Part shown: one piece after another, positions 9,332 to 20,062 of the stretch | How the letters are laid out: the number at the start of each line of letters is the position of its first letter | Position numbering within the stretch: the stretch's first letter is position 1 | DNA from: Thermodesulfobacteriota bacterium | GTDB taxonomy: Bacteria > Desulfobacterota > Desulfomonilia > UBA1062 | Length of the DNA: 64,000 nucleotides | Direction of reading: 5' to 3' | Assembly (NCBI GenBank): GCA_036825155.1 | Contig: DAISYU010000001.1 | Coordinates: forward strand, 17,770-81,769 | The notes under the pieces: model-generated | What the model was told of the DNA's origin: nothing | Seen by the model: only the letters and a program-made list of their open reading frames with translations | Databases searched by the model: none | Position numbers and translations under genes: made by a program

Positions 9332-11173
9332 TCATCCTGCGGCCTTTTTCTTTGCAACGCTCATGGTGTGCCGCTTCTGTGCGGACAGCTGGGTCTTACG
9401 AAGCCTGATGGATTTGGGCGTCACCTCCACCATCTCGTCTTCCCTGATAAACTGCAGTGCCTTCTCCAGCGTCATGGGGGTTATCGGGGAGAGCATGATG
9501 CTGTCGTCCTTGCCTGCAGCCCTCATGTTGGTGAGCTTTTTCATCTTGCAGGGATTGACGTCGATGTCGTTCTCTCGGCTGTGTTCACCAACGATCATCC
9601 CCTCGTACACCTCGTCTCCAGGTATAATGAAGAGCCTGCCCCTGGGTTCGAGATTGAACAGGGCATAGGGTACGGCCACTCCTCTTCGGTCTGAAACGAT
9701 TGAGCCTGTGAAACGGCTCGGGAATTCGCCCCGGTGATCTTCATAGCCCATGAGGTATGAGTTCATGATACCGTTTCCTTTCGTGTCAGTGAGAAATTCA
9801 TCGCGGTAGCCGATCAAGGCCCTGGATGGTATGCTGAACTCGGCTCTCACGCGGCCGGTCCCGTGGTTTATAAGGTTGATCATTCGACCCTTGCGGATAG
9901 AGAGCTTCTGGGTGACTATCCCGAGATAGTCTTCCTCGCAGTCAATAAAGAGGTGTTCGATGGGTTCGAGCACCATGCCGTCACGGTAGCTGAAGATAAC
10001 CTCGGGCCGGCTCACGCACATCTCAAACCCTTCGCGCCGCATGGTCTCGATGATAATCGCGAGCTGAAATTCACCTCTGCCCTTGATAATAACGCAGTCT
10101 TTCTCCGGAGGCACCTCTATCTGGATGGCCACATTGCGGAGCGTTTCCTTTTTGAGACGTTCATATATCCTGGTGGACTGTACATAGGTGCCTTCCCGGC
10201 CCGAAAGGGGAGAATTGTTGGCAGTGATACGCATGGATACGGTGGGTGCATCCACGGTTATGCGCTTCAGTGCCTTTGGGGCCTCCTGGGTACAGATGGT
10301 ATCGCCGATCATCACGTCTTCGATGCCTGCAAGCACCACAATATCACCGGGCTGTGCACATCCGGTCTCCCGGAAAGTCACCCCCTGGTAGCTCTGCAGC
10401 TTGGTGACCCTCAGAGGCATATGCTCCCCATCCGCATCTATGCAGAGCAGTGATTCGTTGGCCAGGACCTGTCCGTGAAAGATCTTGCCGATGGCCAGTC
10501 TCCCGAGGTAGTCACTGTAGTCGAGATCCGCCACCAGCATCTGAAACGGTTCTGCCGGGTCATGTGCCGGCCCCGGGACCTCGGAGAGGATGATATCGAA
10601 GAGGACATGCAGATTGGGGCTTTTCTCCTCGAGGGATTTCATGGCAGTCCCTTCGCGCCCGACGGCATACAGATACGGGAAATCGATCTGCTCATCAGTG
10701 GCGTTCAGATCGATAAAGAGGTCGTATATTTCATTGAGGACCTCCTGGGGTCTGGCATCTTTGCGGTCGATCTTGTTGATGACCACGATGATCTTCAGCT
10801 GAGCCTCCAGTGCCTTTTTCAGGACAAAACGCGTCTGCGGCAGGGGACCTTCGGATGCATCAACCAGAAGTATTGCACCGTCGGCCATGGACAGGGCGCG
10901 TTCCACCTCGCCCCCAAAATCGGCATGTCCGGGGGTGTCGATGATATTGATCTTGACCCCGTGCCAGAAGATGGAGCAGTTTTTGGCAGCGATGGTTATC
11001 CCGCGTTCGCGCTCCAGTTCCATGGTGTCCATGACCCTGGTCTGTATCTCCTGTCCTTCTCGAAATACACCGCTTTGAGAAAACATGGCATCCACAAGGG
11101 TGGTCTTCCCGTGATCGACATGGGCAATGATGGCGACGTTTCTGATGTTCTCGTTTCTAAGGAGTTGCTTCAT
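9332..11173 (-). CDS. typA: Translational GTPase TypA/BipA
   Basis: IAHVDHGKTT, ERERGITI, DTPGHADFGGEVER, NKID, GRGEFQL and TypA C-terminal domain; 613 aa. Confidence 0.98.
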   Translation of the reverse strand: MKQLLRNENIRNVAIIAHVDHGKTTLVDAMFSQSGVFREGQEIQTRVMDTMELERERGITIAAKNCSIFWHGVKINIIDTPGHADFGGEVERALSMADGAILLVDASEGPLPQTRFVLKKALEAQLKIIVVINKIDRKDARPQEVLNEIYDLFIDLNATDEQIDFPYLYAVGREGTAMKSLEEKSPNLHVLFDIILSEVPGPAHDPAEPFQMLVADLDYSDYLGRLAIGKIFHGQVLANESLLCIDADGEHMPLRVTKLQSYQGVTFRETGCAQPGDIVVLAGIEDVMIGDTICTQEAPKALKRITVDAPTVSMRITANNSPLSGREGTYVQSTRIYERLKKETLRNVAIQIEVPPEKDCVIIKGRGEFQLAIIIETMRREGFEMCVSRPEVIFSYRDGMVLEPIEHLFIDCEEDYLGIVTQKLSIRKGRMINLINHGTGRVRAEFSIPSRALIGYRDEFLTDTKGNGIMNSYLMGYEDHRGEFPSRFTGSIVSDRRGVAVPYALFNLEPRGRLFIIPGDEVYEGMIVGEHSRENDIDVNPCKMKKLTNMRAAGKDDSIMLSPITPMTLEKALQFIREDEMVEVTPKSIRLRKTQLSAQKRHTMSVAKKKAAG

Positions 11174-11494
11174 ACGAATCCTTTCTTTGCTGCTGATGCA
11201 TGTCCCAGACAGTGCACAGAGCCATATACCACTCGCAATGGGTTGGCAATATAATTTTAGATGGCATCACGTGATATCGTTTAAGATTCTCTATCTGAAG
11301 AGACATGCCTGCAGAAGAATCTCCCGGAATTGACTGCCACGCAGTCAGTCATGGGTAAGGTCGTCGCAAGATGGGTGCTAATTATTTGAAAATAGGAAAA
11401 GATTATTGATCCTGTTTGCAGTAGTTTTACAATTGACCACCCTGTTTCATGATATGCATACGCAGCCCGTACATCTCGAGGAAGGAGCGCTCGC

Positions 11495-12112
11495 ATGCAG
11501 TATACCGTGTTCGACACCCCATTTGTCAGGACCTTTCTGCGCTGGATCTCTCTGGCATATCTCAGGATATTCGGATGGAGCTGTGAAGGATCTCTGCCCG
11601 ATTTCCCCAAATACGTGGTAATCGCCGCACCACATACTTCAAACTGGGACTTTCCCATCACTATGTTTATGGCCTTTGCACTCAGGACCAAGGTCTACTG
11701 GATGGGCAAAGCATCGCTCTTCAAGCGTCCGTTCGGACCGGTCATGCGATGGCTGGGGGGGATCCCCGTTGACAGGAGCAAATCCAACAATGTGGTTGAG
11801 CAGACCATAGCGGTATTTAACGAACATGAAAATCTGGTCATCGTGGTGCCGCCCGAAGGTACCCGAAACAAGGTGAGCTACTGGAAAACCGGATTCTACC
11901 ATATCGCTCATGGCGCAAATGTCCCCATTGTACTGGGATACATAGACTTTCAGCGCAAGGCGGGCGGTATCGGGCCTGTCGTGATCCCCAGCGGTGATAT
12001 AGAGACCGATATGTACACCATCTGCTCCTTCTATGCAGGTGTTATTGGCAAGTATCCGGAAAAATCGAGTCTGGCTGCCATCGCACCCGAGAGGTATCGA
12101 AAGACAGCCTGA
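11495..12112 (+). CDS. Lysophospholipid/glycerol acyltransferase family protein
   Basis: APHTSNWD (HxxxxD) and PPEGTR motifs. Confidence 0.92.
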   Translation: MQYTVFDTPFVRTFLRWISLAYLRIFGWSCEGSLPDFPKYVVIAAPHTSNWDFPITMFMAFALRTKVYWMGKASLFKRPFGPVMRWLGGIPVDRSKSNNVVEQTIAVFNEHENLVIVVPPEGTRNKVSYWKTGFYHIAHGANVPIVLGYIDFQRKAGGIGPVVIPSGDIETDMYTICSFYAGVIGKYPEKSSLAAIAPERYRKTA

Positions 12113-12267
12113 TCTGCCTTTGTTCAGCAATCGATATCACGGTTCTGATTGAAAGACCGAAGTGGACCTGTGCAATCTCCTGCGCAACAGGGAGAAATAG
12201 CGGCAGGCAGCCAGTATAGAGATAACGGTTTGCCCGTCATGTCAGATAAAACCTGATAACGTATGTG

Positions 12268-12288
12268 CTTCTGTCTGATTGACAGAAG
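12268..12288. promoter_or_regulatory. 8-bp inverted repeat overlapping a TTGACA hexamer (operator or terminator)
   Basis: CTTCTGTC-tgatt-GACAGAAG; TTGACA at 12279-84, followed by TATTTT; about 70 nt upstream of the CoA transferase. Confidence 0.45.
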
Positions 12289-12356
12289 TATTTTACTCGC
12301 CTAAAAATTTGAAATCACGCCATAAATGAAGCCGGCATCCAGGAGACGGGCATCAT

Positions 12357-13691
12357 ATGAATCTGAACCAGACGCAGCAGATAGAAGTAAAGCATTCGGG
12401 TTGGGAACAGGTCTATCAGAGCAGATTCGTTTGTGCTGATGACGCTGTGAAACAGATCAAATCAGGAGACCGGGTCGTTCTCGGCCATGCCTGTGCAGAA
12501 CCCCAGGCCCTGGTAAATGCCCTGCTGAAGAGGGCCCATGAGCTCAGGAACGTGGAGATCATGCACCTGCTAAGCGTAAACGCAGCCCGATACTGCCGGA
12601 AGGAATATCGGAATTCATTCCGGCATAACTCCCTCTTTGTCGGCAGCAGTATCAGAGAGGAAGTCCATGCGGGAGCAGTGGATTTTACCCCCTGTTACTT
12701 TCACGAGGTGCCGAAACTCTTTCGTGACGGGATGATGCCGGTGGATGCAGCTCTCATAACGGTATCACTCCCGGATGAGGATGGACGGGTGAGTCTCGGT
12801 ATATCAGTGGACTACACAAAAGAGGCAGCACTGTGTGCCGGAACCGTTATTGCAGAAGTGAATCCCTGTATGCCCAATACCGGAGCTGGTTCATGCCTGC
12901 GTGTTGAAGACATTGACATGTTCGTGAACAGTGATGCGCCCCTGGCCGAAGTGCCGCATCCCAGGGTAGGGGACACGGAGTTGACCATCGGCAGGTATGC
13001 ATCAAAACTTATTGCAGATGGTGACTGTCTCCAGATAGGGATAGGCGCCATACCCGAAGCAGTGCTGAGCCAACTTATCGACAAGAATGATCTCGGCGTT
13101 CACACCGAGCTGCTGACGGACTCGATCATGCCCTTGGTGGACAGTGGTGTGATAACCTGCAGCAGAAAGAATTTTATGCCCGGCAAGATCATCTCGAACA
13201 TGGCAATGGGCTCTCAGGAATTCTACTCCTGGCTGGACCGTCACCCGATGGTGGAATTCCATCCGGTGGATTTTACTAACGACCCGTTCGTCATTGCTCG
13301 TAACGACAACATGGTGACCATAAATTCGGCCCTTGCCATCGATCTGCTGGGCCAGGTCGCAGCGGATACTATAGGCCCGAAACAGTACAGCGGTGTCGGC
13401 GGGCAGGTGGATTTTGTCCGGGGTGCCGCCCGTTCGAAAGGTGGAAAGAATCTCATCACCCTGCCTGCAACAACGAAGAAGGGGACTGTTTCCCGCATCG
13501 TGTGCACACTCGAGCCGGGCCAGGCTGTCACTACGAGCCGGCATGATGTGGACTATGTTGCAACCGAGTACGGGCTCGTACAGCTGAAGGGGCGAACGCT
13601 CAGGCAGCGAAGCGAGGCTCTTGTCAGCATCGCTGCACCGCAGTTCAGGGATCAACTCCGGGAACAGTGCAAGGAACTCTACGGCTGGTAG
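12357..13691 (+). CDS. Acetyl-CoA hydrolase/transferase family protein (4-hydroxybutyrate CoA-transferase-like)
   Basis: QIGIGAIP, GVHTE (catalytic Glu), SGVGGQVDF, VTTSRHDVDYVATEYG. Confidence 0.93.
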   Translation: MNLNQTQQIEVKHSGWEQVYQSRFVCADDAVKQIKSGDRVVLGHACAEPQALVNALLKRAHELRNVEIMHLLSVNAARYCRKEYRNSFRHNSLFVGSSIREEVHAGAVDFTPCYFHEVPKLFRDGMMPVDAALITVSLPDEDGRVSLGISVDYTKEAALCAGTVIAEVNPCMPNTGAGSCLRVEDIDMFVNSDAPLAEVPHPRVGDTELTIGRYASKLIADGDCLQIGIGAIPEAVLSQLIDKNDLGVHTELLTDSIMPLVDSGVITCSRKNFMPGKIISNMAMGSQEFYSWLDRHPMVEFHPVDFTNDPFVIARNDNMVTINSALAIDLLGQVAADTIGPKQYSGVGGQVDFVRGAARSKGGKNLITLPATTKKGTVSRIVCTLEPGQAVTTSRHDVDYVATEYGLVQLKGRTLRQRSEALVSIAAPQFRDQLREQCKELYGW

Positions 13692-13765
13692 ACAATTCAC
13701 AACGTAAGGAGAGAAGCGGGCACGCTTCACAGTATTGTGTATCTACATGGGACAACGGTGTTTGT

Positions 13766-16402
13766 TTACTGCGATGAAGTGCTGTTGATCGGGATACGGA
13801 CCTTTACCGTGGTGCCTTTCCCCCTTTTGCCGGATATCTGTATATCCCCTCCCCAATCTGAGACACGCTCTTTCATGCCGATGATGCCGAAGGATTTCGG
13901 GTTGGCTATCTCCTCTTTTTCAATACCTTTTCCATTGTCTTTTACCAAGAGATCTATGCTGCCGTCTACCTGATGTAATGAGACAGAGACCCTGGATGCA
14001 TGGGCGTGACGGGTGATGTTCGTCAATGTTTCCTGAAAGATGCGGAAGATGGTGGTGGAGAGTTTCGTACTCTTGAGCGTGATCTCCGGGTCTATCGATA
14101 GTGTGCATACAATACCTGTTCGTTTCTGAAAATCATCTGCCTGCCATTCAATAGCTGCTACCAGGCCGAGTTGATCCAGCAGTGCAGGCCTCAGGTCCAT
14201 GGAGATCCGCCTGACGGATTCCACCGCAAGGTCTATATGATCCGAGATCTGGGAGGTCTTGTCGATCAGATCAGTACTGTCCCGGGGGAGTTTCCGTTTC
14301 AGAAAGGCCACTTCAAGCTTCAGTCCTGTCAGTTCCTGTCCAAGGTCATCGTGGATTTCCCTGGAGATACGGGTTCTCTCCGCCTCCCTGGTTTCCTGAA
14401 GGTTTTTGTACAGGTCTCTGAGCTGTTTCTGGGAATGTTTTAATTGTTCCTCCATGTTCTTGCGGTCGGTGATATCCCTGCTTACGGAGAGGATGCATTC
14501 TTCTCCGCCGAATTCAAACATTTCGGCAGACCACAGCATAGTCAATATGGTGCCCTGTTTTGTGCGGAAGTTCACCTCCTCGTTGCTGATTCCTCCGTGT
14601 TCCCTGATCTTTTGTTTCACAATATCGCGGTCTTCCTTGTGTTCCCATATACCAAGTTCAAGTGAAGAGCGGCCGATGACTTCTTCGATGGAGAACCCGG
14701 AATGTTCCATGAAGGCCTCGTTCACATCTATATAGATGCCGTCCTTGAGCGTGGAGATCGAGATCCAGTCCGGGCTTGCATGGAAGGCCTTGGAGAATTT
14801 CTCCTCGCTCCTGCGAAGCTCCTGTTGAGCCCTTTTCTGTGCCGTCGTATCAGCGATAAAACCTTCCAGTGCCACAAGATCTCCTTGCTGATTAAAGATC
14901 CCGATCCCCTGCTCCCAGACCCATCTTTCACGGCCGTCAGCAGTGATGATGCGATAGTCCATCTGAAAATGTTTTTTCTCTTTCAATCCTGCCTGCACAC
15001 TCTCCCATACCATGTCGCGATCATCCGGGTGTATGACTTCTCCATACGGGATCACCTTGTTGCCGATCAGGTCGTACGGGCTGTATCCGGTCAGAAGATA
15101 GCTCCCCTCGCTGATGAATTCCATGGTCCAGTCCCTGTCGTTTCTGCACCGGTACGCCATACCCGGGAGGTTTCCCATCAGGGTCATCAGTGCCCGCTGA
15201 CGTTCTTCAAGCTCCTGTTCTGCTATCTTGCGCGCAGTCTCGTCACTGTAGACCGCAACGATATCTCCTGAAGGAAGCTTGTAGACAAAATTCTCCCGCC
15301 ACCCCTCGACGTGGGCATCCTTGTACAGGGATATGGGGAAATGCTCTGATTTGCCGGTTTTGTATACCCGTTGAAAGACATCAAACAGGCCGAACTCCTT
15401 GATGGAGGGAAACACCTCGAGTACGCTCTTGCCGAGTACGTCTTCTTTCTTAATATTGTCTATTCTTTCAGCAGCTGTATTGATATCCGCGAATATGAAG
15501 TCGGCTCCGTCGGAAATGGTTTTATACGCAACAATTCCGTTTATGGAGTGCAGAAACATATTGCGGTACTTGGCCTCGGTCTCGATCAGCAGATCTTTTG
15601 CCTTCTTTCGATCGGTTATATCTATGGCCATGGAAAGGATATGCGGTTCGTCCAGATATGTGATGGTCTCTGCTGAAAACAGGAAGGTCCTGAGGTTGCC
15701 GGCAGAATCACGGAGTTCTACCTCGAGATTCCTGACCGAGCCTTTTTTCAGTACAGTCTGAACTACTTTGTCCCGTTGTTCAGGGTGTACCCAGATATTG
15801 TGTTTGAGGAGAGACTTTCCAATAATGTCATCAGCCTTGTATCCGGTAACGTTGTAAAAGGCCTCGTTTGCCTGAATGACTATGCCGTCGGATATTGTGG
15901 TGATGGCAGCCGGGATGGGATTGAAATAGAAACTTTTGTAAAACAGGTCCTGTGCTCTGGCGCGTTCTGAGATATTGAGCATGAGAACAGCCACGGCGAA
16001 GAAACCGATGATTATGATGAGAATGGTCTCAACAACTGCTTCGTATATGTTGACCGGGGTCTTTTCACCTCCCAGGAGAAGATACGGTATATCGATGAGT
16101 TCATTGAGCCATATAACCAGACACAATCCCAGGAATGATACGATTATTGAGATCAGAATATGTCTGGTTCTTTTCAGTTCCTTGTATGCCCCTTTTTGGG
16201 GAATGAACCAGGAAATGGTGAGGAAGCCCACCATTGCGATCAGCACGGTTTCGATGATTGCTTCAAGCCAGTTAACCGGCGATTTCTCGACACCATAAAA
16301 GATTCCGGGGAAATCGATCAGTTCGTCGATCCAGACAAGGGCCATGAGCAGAACAAAGACATATACGAGTTTCATTCGGATTGAAGGATTCGTTTTCTGC
16401 AT
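13766..16402 (-). CDS. Membrane-anchored multi-PAS sensor histidine kinase (HisKA_3/NarX-DegS type)
   Basis: 4 N-terminal TM segments, about 4 PAS repeats, H-box REIHDDLGQ, N-box FRIFQETLTNITRHA, G-boxes DNGKG, FGIIGM and GKGT. Confidence 0.95.
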   Translation of the reverse strand: MQKTNPSIRMKLVYVFVLLMALVWIDELIDFPGIFYGVEKSPVNWLEAIIETVLIAMVGFLTISWFIPQKGAYKELKRTRHILISIIVSFLGLCLVIWLNELIDIPYLLLGGEKTPVNIYEAVVETILIIIIGFFAVAVLMLNISERARAQDLFYKSFYFNPIPAAITTISDGIVIQANEAFYNVTGYKADDIIGKSLLKHNIWVHPEQRDKVVQTVLKKGSVRNLEVELRDSAGNLRTFLFSAETITYLDEPHILSMAIDITDRKKAKDLLIETEAKYRNMFLHSINGIVAYKTISDGADFIFADINTAAERIDNIKKEDVLGKSVLEVFPSIKEFGLFDVFQRVYKTGKSEHFPISLYKDAHVEGWRENFVYKLPSGDIVAVYSDETARKIAEQELEERQRALMTLMGNLPGMAYRCRNDRDWTMEFISEGSYLLTGYSPYDLIGNKVIPYGEVIHPDDRDMVWESVQAGLKEKKHFQMDYRIITADGRERWVWEQGIGIFNQQGDLVALEGFIADTTAQKRAQQELRRSEEKFSKAFHASPDWISISTLKDGIYIDVNEAFMEHSGFSIEEVIGRSSLELGIWEHKEDRDIVKQKIREHGGISNEEVNFRTKQGTILTMLWSAEMFEFGGEECILSVSRDITDRKNMEEQLKHSQKQLRDLYKNLQETREAERTRISREIHDDLGQELTGLKLEVAFLKRKLPRDSTDLIDKTSQISDHIDLAVESVRRISMDLRPALLDQLGLVAAIEWQADDFQKRTGIVCTLSIDPEITLKSTKLSTTIFRIFQETLTNITRHAHASRVSVSLHQVDGSIDLLVKDNGKGIEKEEIANPKSFGIIGMKERVSDWGGDIQISGKRGKGTTVKVRIPINSTSSQ

Positions 16403-16722
16403 ACGTATCTATCCAGTCCCTGTCAGTCAGGTTTTGAACTCTCCCAAATAACACATGAATGAATGAAGGTCAGCACTATGCAAAAATCTCCCTCATGTTT
16501 TAAAATTTCATCATCCCTTTATTAATGGAGTAATGTCGAAACCCCTTGAAATCAATACCATGGAAAAAATGGTATACCTCATCAGTAAATACTGACGGGG
16601 GGACTGCAGCATCATATTGTGACAATCTGCAATTTTCTCAACGCGAAGGCTTGCTTGTACATGGCTTTTTGCTAATATTGAATACAAGCGGTTCAGCAGG
16701 GCATCCATCTGATGAGCCCTGA

Positions 16723-18573
16723 ATGTATGAAATCCACATGAAATATAGTTGGGAGGTTTTTCCGATGAGGAGTGCGGGAAGAAAGAGATCGTTCATAATC
16801 GTCGCTGCTTGTCTCCTGGTCATTGCAATCCTGCCTGTCGGGTGCACCTCTCTGCCTGAGCGCCCTGATTTCACCGGGGAGAAAGACTATGAAGGAGTCA
16901 TCAGGCATCTCAATACCTACATTGCAAAGTCTATGAAAAAGAACAAGGTGATCGGTTTGAGCTTAGCCCTGGTGGACGACCAGGAGATTATCTTTGCAAG
17001 GGGGTTTGGATACGCTGATAAAGAAAACGAGGTGCCTGCCACAAAGAATACCGTCTATCGTGCCGGTTCTATTTCAAAGCTCTTTACCGCAACAGCCGTG
17101 ATGCAGCTCGCTCAATCCGGCATGGTCGATATTGATGTCCCAATCCATAACTATATTCCGGAGTTTTCCATCCAAACGCGCTTTAGTGATGCAGGGGAGA
17201 TAACACCACGGAACATCATGACGCATCATTCAGGACTTCCTTCAGACTATATCAGCGGTATGTTCACGCAGGAGCCGGAGGATCTCGAGCAGTTCCTTCC
17301 CAGGCTGAAAGACGAATACACCGCATTTCCTCCTGATCTTGTCTTCTGCTATTCCAATCTTGGTGTGGGCATCCTGGGTCCCTTGATCGAGAGGATCAGT
17401 AAGAAAGGGTATGTCGATTACATGAATGAGGAAGTGCTTGCGCCCCTGGGTATGATCAATTCATCGTTTGTAAGGCAGTATGATTCCGAAGCGCTCATTG
17501 CTAAAGGGTACTACAAGAAAAAAGAGCAGGAGCAGTATGCGCTGCGCGATATGCCCGCCGGGTCCCTGTATTCGAATGTACTTGATCTGAGCCGTTTCAT
17601 CCAGATGGTCTTTGCGCAGGGCAGGTCAGGGGACCGGCAGATTCTGGCCCCGGAAACACTTCATGAGATGCTCAAGGTACAGAATCGGGGCTGCGCTTTG
17701 GATATGGATTTGAAGACCGGCCTGGCCTGGATGATCGAGGAAGATGGAGGAGTAGGGACCATCATCTCCCACAATGGAGGGATCGGAACATTTTTCAGCA
17801 CTATGTTTGCCGTTCCTGAGCAGAAGATTGCAGCAATCGTGCTCACCAATAGTGCCGAAGGTGCTGTTGTATCCGGTGAGGTATGCATGGAGGCCCTGAA
17901 GTCCCTGTACGAGGCAAAAACCGGCAGGATTGTCCCGGAAAAGAAGATCCGTGCTGCTAAAAGTACACTGGCTGAAGACGAGATGAGACAGTATGAGGGG
18001 CACTATGACACAACCATGGGGTTTGTGTCTGTGAGCGTTGAAGGGAAAAGACTTGTCGTGCATACGGGCGATCGGTTATTTCTCCTGATCCCGCACCACG
18101 ATGGTACCTTCACCGTCAAGTATCTCCTGTTCGGATTCATCCCGATAGAAGTTTCTCCCTTTCAAAAGCTTGGTATTGCATTTGACGATATTGCAGGATA
18201 CCGGGTTGTTACCGCAATAAGGGGAAATGAACGCCTTCTTATGGGTACGCGTATCGAGCCGGTCCCGATACCTGCTGCCTGGCATGACAGACTGGGGAGG
18301 TATGAGAATGCCGGTCATGGGCAGGACGGCATCTATGTGAAGAGTATCGAGCTGCGAAGGGATGATGAATTCCTGTGTGCCGATGTCACCTGCACGCATC
18401 TCGAAGATGATACGATGACCCTGGCACTCATGCCTGTAGGCGAGACCCAGGCAGTCGTGATGGGGCTTGGAAGGAACAGGGGGGAGACATACAACTTCAC
18501 AGGTTCAGGCGATTCGGCGAGACTCCATGTGTACGGATACGATTTCCTGTCTGACCATCAGGATCAGGAGTGA
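16723..18573 (+). CDS. Serine hydrolase (beta-lactamase/PBP-like family), predicted lipoprotein
   Basis: SISK (SxxK), YSN, HNGG; lipobox-like LPVGC after a hydrophobic stretch. True start may be ATG 16765. Confidence 0.88.
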   Translation: MYEIHMKYSWEVFPMRSAGRKRSFIIVAACLLVIAILPVGCTSLPERPDFTGEKDYEGVIRHLNTYIAKSMKKNKVIGLSLALVDDQEIIFARGFGYADKENEVPATKNTVYRAGSISKLFTATAVMQLAQSGMVDIDVPIHNYIPEFSIQTRFSDAGEITPRNIMTHHSGLPSDYISGMFTQEPEDLEQFLPRLKDEYTAFPPDLVFCYSNLGVGILGPLIERISKKGYVDYMNEEVLAPLGMINSSFVRQYDSEALIAKGYYKKKEQEQYALRDMPAGSLYSNVLDLSRFIQMVFAQGRSGDRQILAPETLHEMLKVQNRGCALDMDLKTGLAWMIEEDGGVGTIISHNGGIGTFFSTMFAVPEQKIAAIVLTNSAEGAVVSGEVCMEALKSLYEAKTGRIVPEKKIRAAKSTLAEDEMRQYEGHYDTTMGFVSVSVEGKRLVVHTGDRLFLLIPHHDGTFTVKYLLFGFIPIEVSPFQKLGIAFDDIAGYRVVTAIRGNERLLMGTRIEPVPIPAAWHDRLGRYENAGHGQDGIYVKSIELRRDDEFLCADVTCTHLEDDTMTLALMPVGETQAVVMGLGRNRGETYNFTGSGDSARLHVYGYDFLSDHQDQE

Positions 18574-18718
18574 ATACATAGCGATGGCTTGCGTGTCCCG
18601 AGCTTCTGGTTGACAGAGCAGGCATTCTGAGGAAAAAGAACACTGCAGTCTGAGAATGCACCACTATGATCAGACTGATGCCACATGCAATCGGTAATGA
18701 CCATCATGAGGAGGCTGC

Positions 18719-19597
18719 ATGAACACGGGTATCACCGAAGAGATACGGGAGAAACTCCTGGTCTTTCAGAAGAATGAAATAACGGAATACCATATCTATA
18801 CCAGACTCGCCCAGCGTATAACCTCTGAAGAAAACAGCCGGGTCTTAAAAAAGATCGCCCACGAAGAGCTGCAGCATTACAGGGTGTGGAATTCATACAC
18901 GGGCAAGGATGTACGCCCTGACCGGGTGAAGATATGGTTCTACTATCTGATCAGCATGGTTTTCGGGTTTACCTTCGGTATCAAGCTCATGGAACGAGGC
19001 GAGGATACTGCACAGGACAGTTATCATCAGCTCACCGGTGTTATTGAAGAGGCAGAGGATATCATTCGTGAAGAGAGCGAACATGAGGAGGCGTTGATAC
19101 AGCTGCTCGATGAGGAACGGCTGAGATATACCGGATCCATGGTGCTGGGGCTCAACGATGCACTTGTGGAGTTGACGGGCGCCCTGGCAGGGTTCACCCT
19201 GGCACTCCAGGATACAAAGCTCATAGCCCTGACCGGTTCGATCACGGGTATTGCCGCGGCGCTGTCCATGGCCGCATCAGAGTATCTCTCTACAAAGGCA
19301 GAGGAAACGGATAAAAATCCTCTCAAGGCGTCCACATATACGGGCATAGCGTACATAATGACCGTTCTTGTGCTGATTATGCCGTACCTGATCCTTTCCA
19401 ACTATTATATCTGCCTGGGCCTCACCCTTTCTGCTGCAGTACTGATCATCGCCTTCTTCAATTACTACATCTCTGTGGCAAAGGATCTGCCCTTTACGAG
19501 CCGTTTTGTCGAGATGGCGGGGCTCTCTCTGAGTGTTGCCGGGATCAGTTTCCTCATCGGTTTTCTGATGCGCACTATCCTGGGAGTGGATATTTAA
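18719..19597 (+). CDS. VIT1/CCC1 family transporter with N-terminal ferritin/rubrerythrin-like domain
   Basis: Diiron-type ExxH motifs (EELQH, ESEH) followed by VLGLNDALVE and ALSMAASEYLS VIT1 motifs. Confidence 0.9.
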   Translation: MNTGITEEIREKLLVFQKNEITEYHIYTRLAQRITSEENSRVLKKIAHEELQHYRVWNSYTGKDVRPDRVKIWFYYLISMVFGFTFGIKLMERGEDTAQDSYHQLTGVIEEAEDIIREESEHEEALIQLLDEERLRYTGSMVLGLNDALVELTGALAGFTLALQDTKLIALTGSITGIAAALSMAASEYLSTKAEETDKNPLKASTYTGIAYIMTVLVLIMPYLILSNYYICLGLTLSAAVLIIAFFNYYISVAKDLPFTSRFVEMAGLSLSVAGISFLIGFLMRTILGVDI

Positions 19598-20062
19598 GGT
19601 GCACGGATCAATATCCAAAAAAGGATTGCACTGAGCACGCTTTATCTGTCGGAGTATCTTTCTATTCTGCGGAAGTTTGCGGCACTACCTGCGCTGAGTT
19701 CATTGAGCCTTGCAATATGAGATATAATATTCTATAGATAAACATCCGTTCATGTCTTGGAGTATATGGTTTTTCAGGTTATTCCAGGATAACAAGACAA
19801 GGTGGATGGGCGATATCTACAGTTAAGAGAGATAGTTGTCGGCTTCATTCACTGCAGATTATAGTGCTTAAGCATGAGTTTCGTTGTCAGTGTACTGGTG
19901 TAGAGGTCTTCTCTGGCGGAAGTGTGGCTCCGACGGGATTTGTAGGGCATCCGCCGAAGCATGTACCTGTCTGGATCTGTTCCTGTACGAAGCTCTTGGA
20001 CGACATCAGGTAAGCGAAGCTCACATAGTTATTAAAAAATCGGCAGCAATAGGGGGATTGTA

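Noticed and set aside
19598-20062. Glycine riboswitch upstream of the AGCS symporter
   Set aside because: Fragments such as CCGCCGAAG (19951) and CATCAGGT, and a GGCGGA/TCCGCC stem (19915-19955), are suggestive. I could not find the GGAGA...CCGAAG...CTCTCAGG arrangement. An Infernal scan against RF00504 would settle it.
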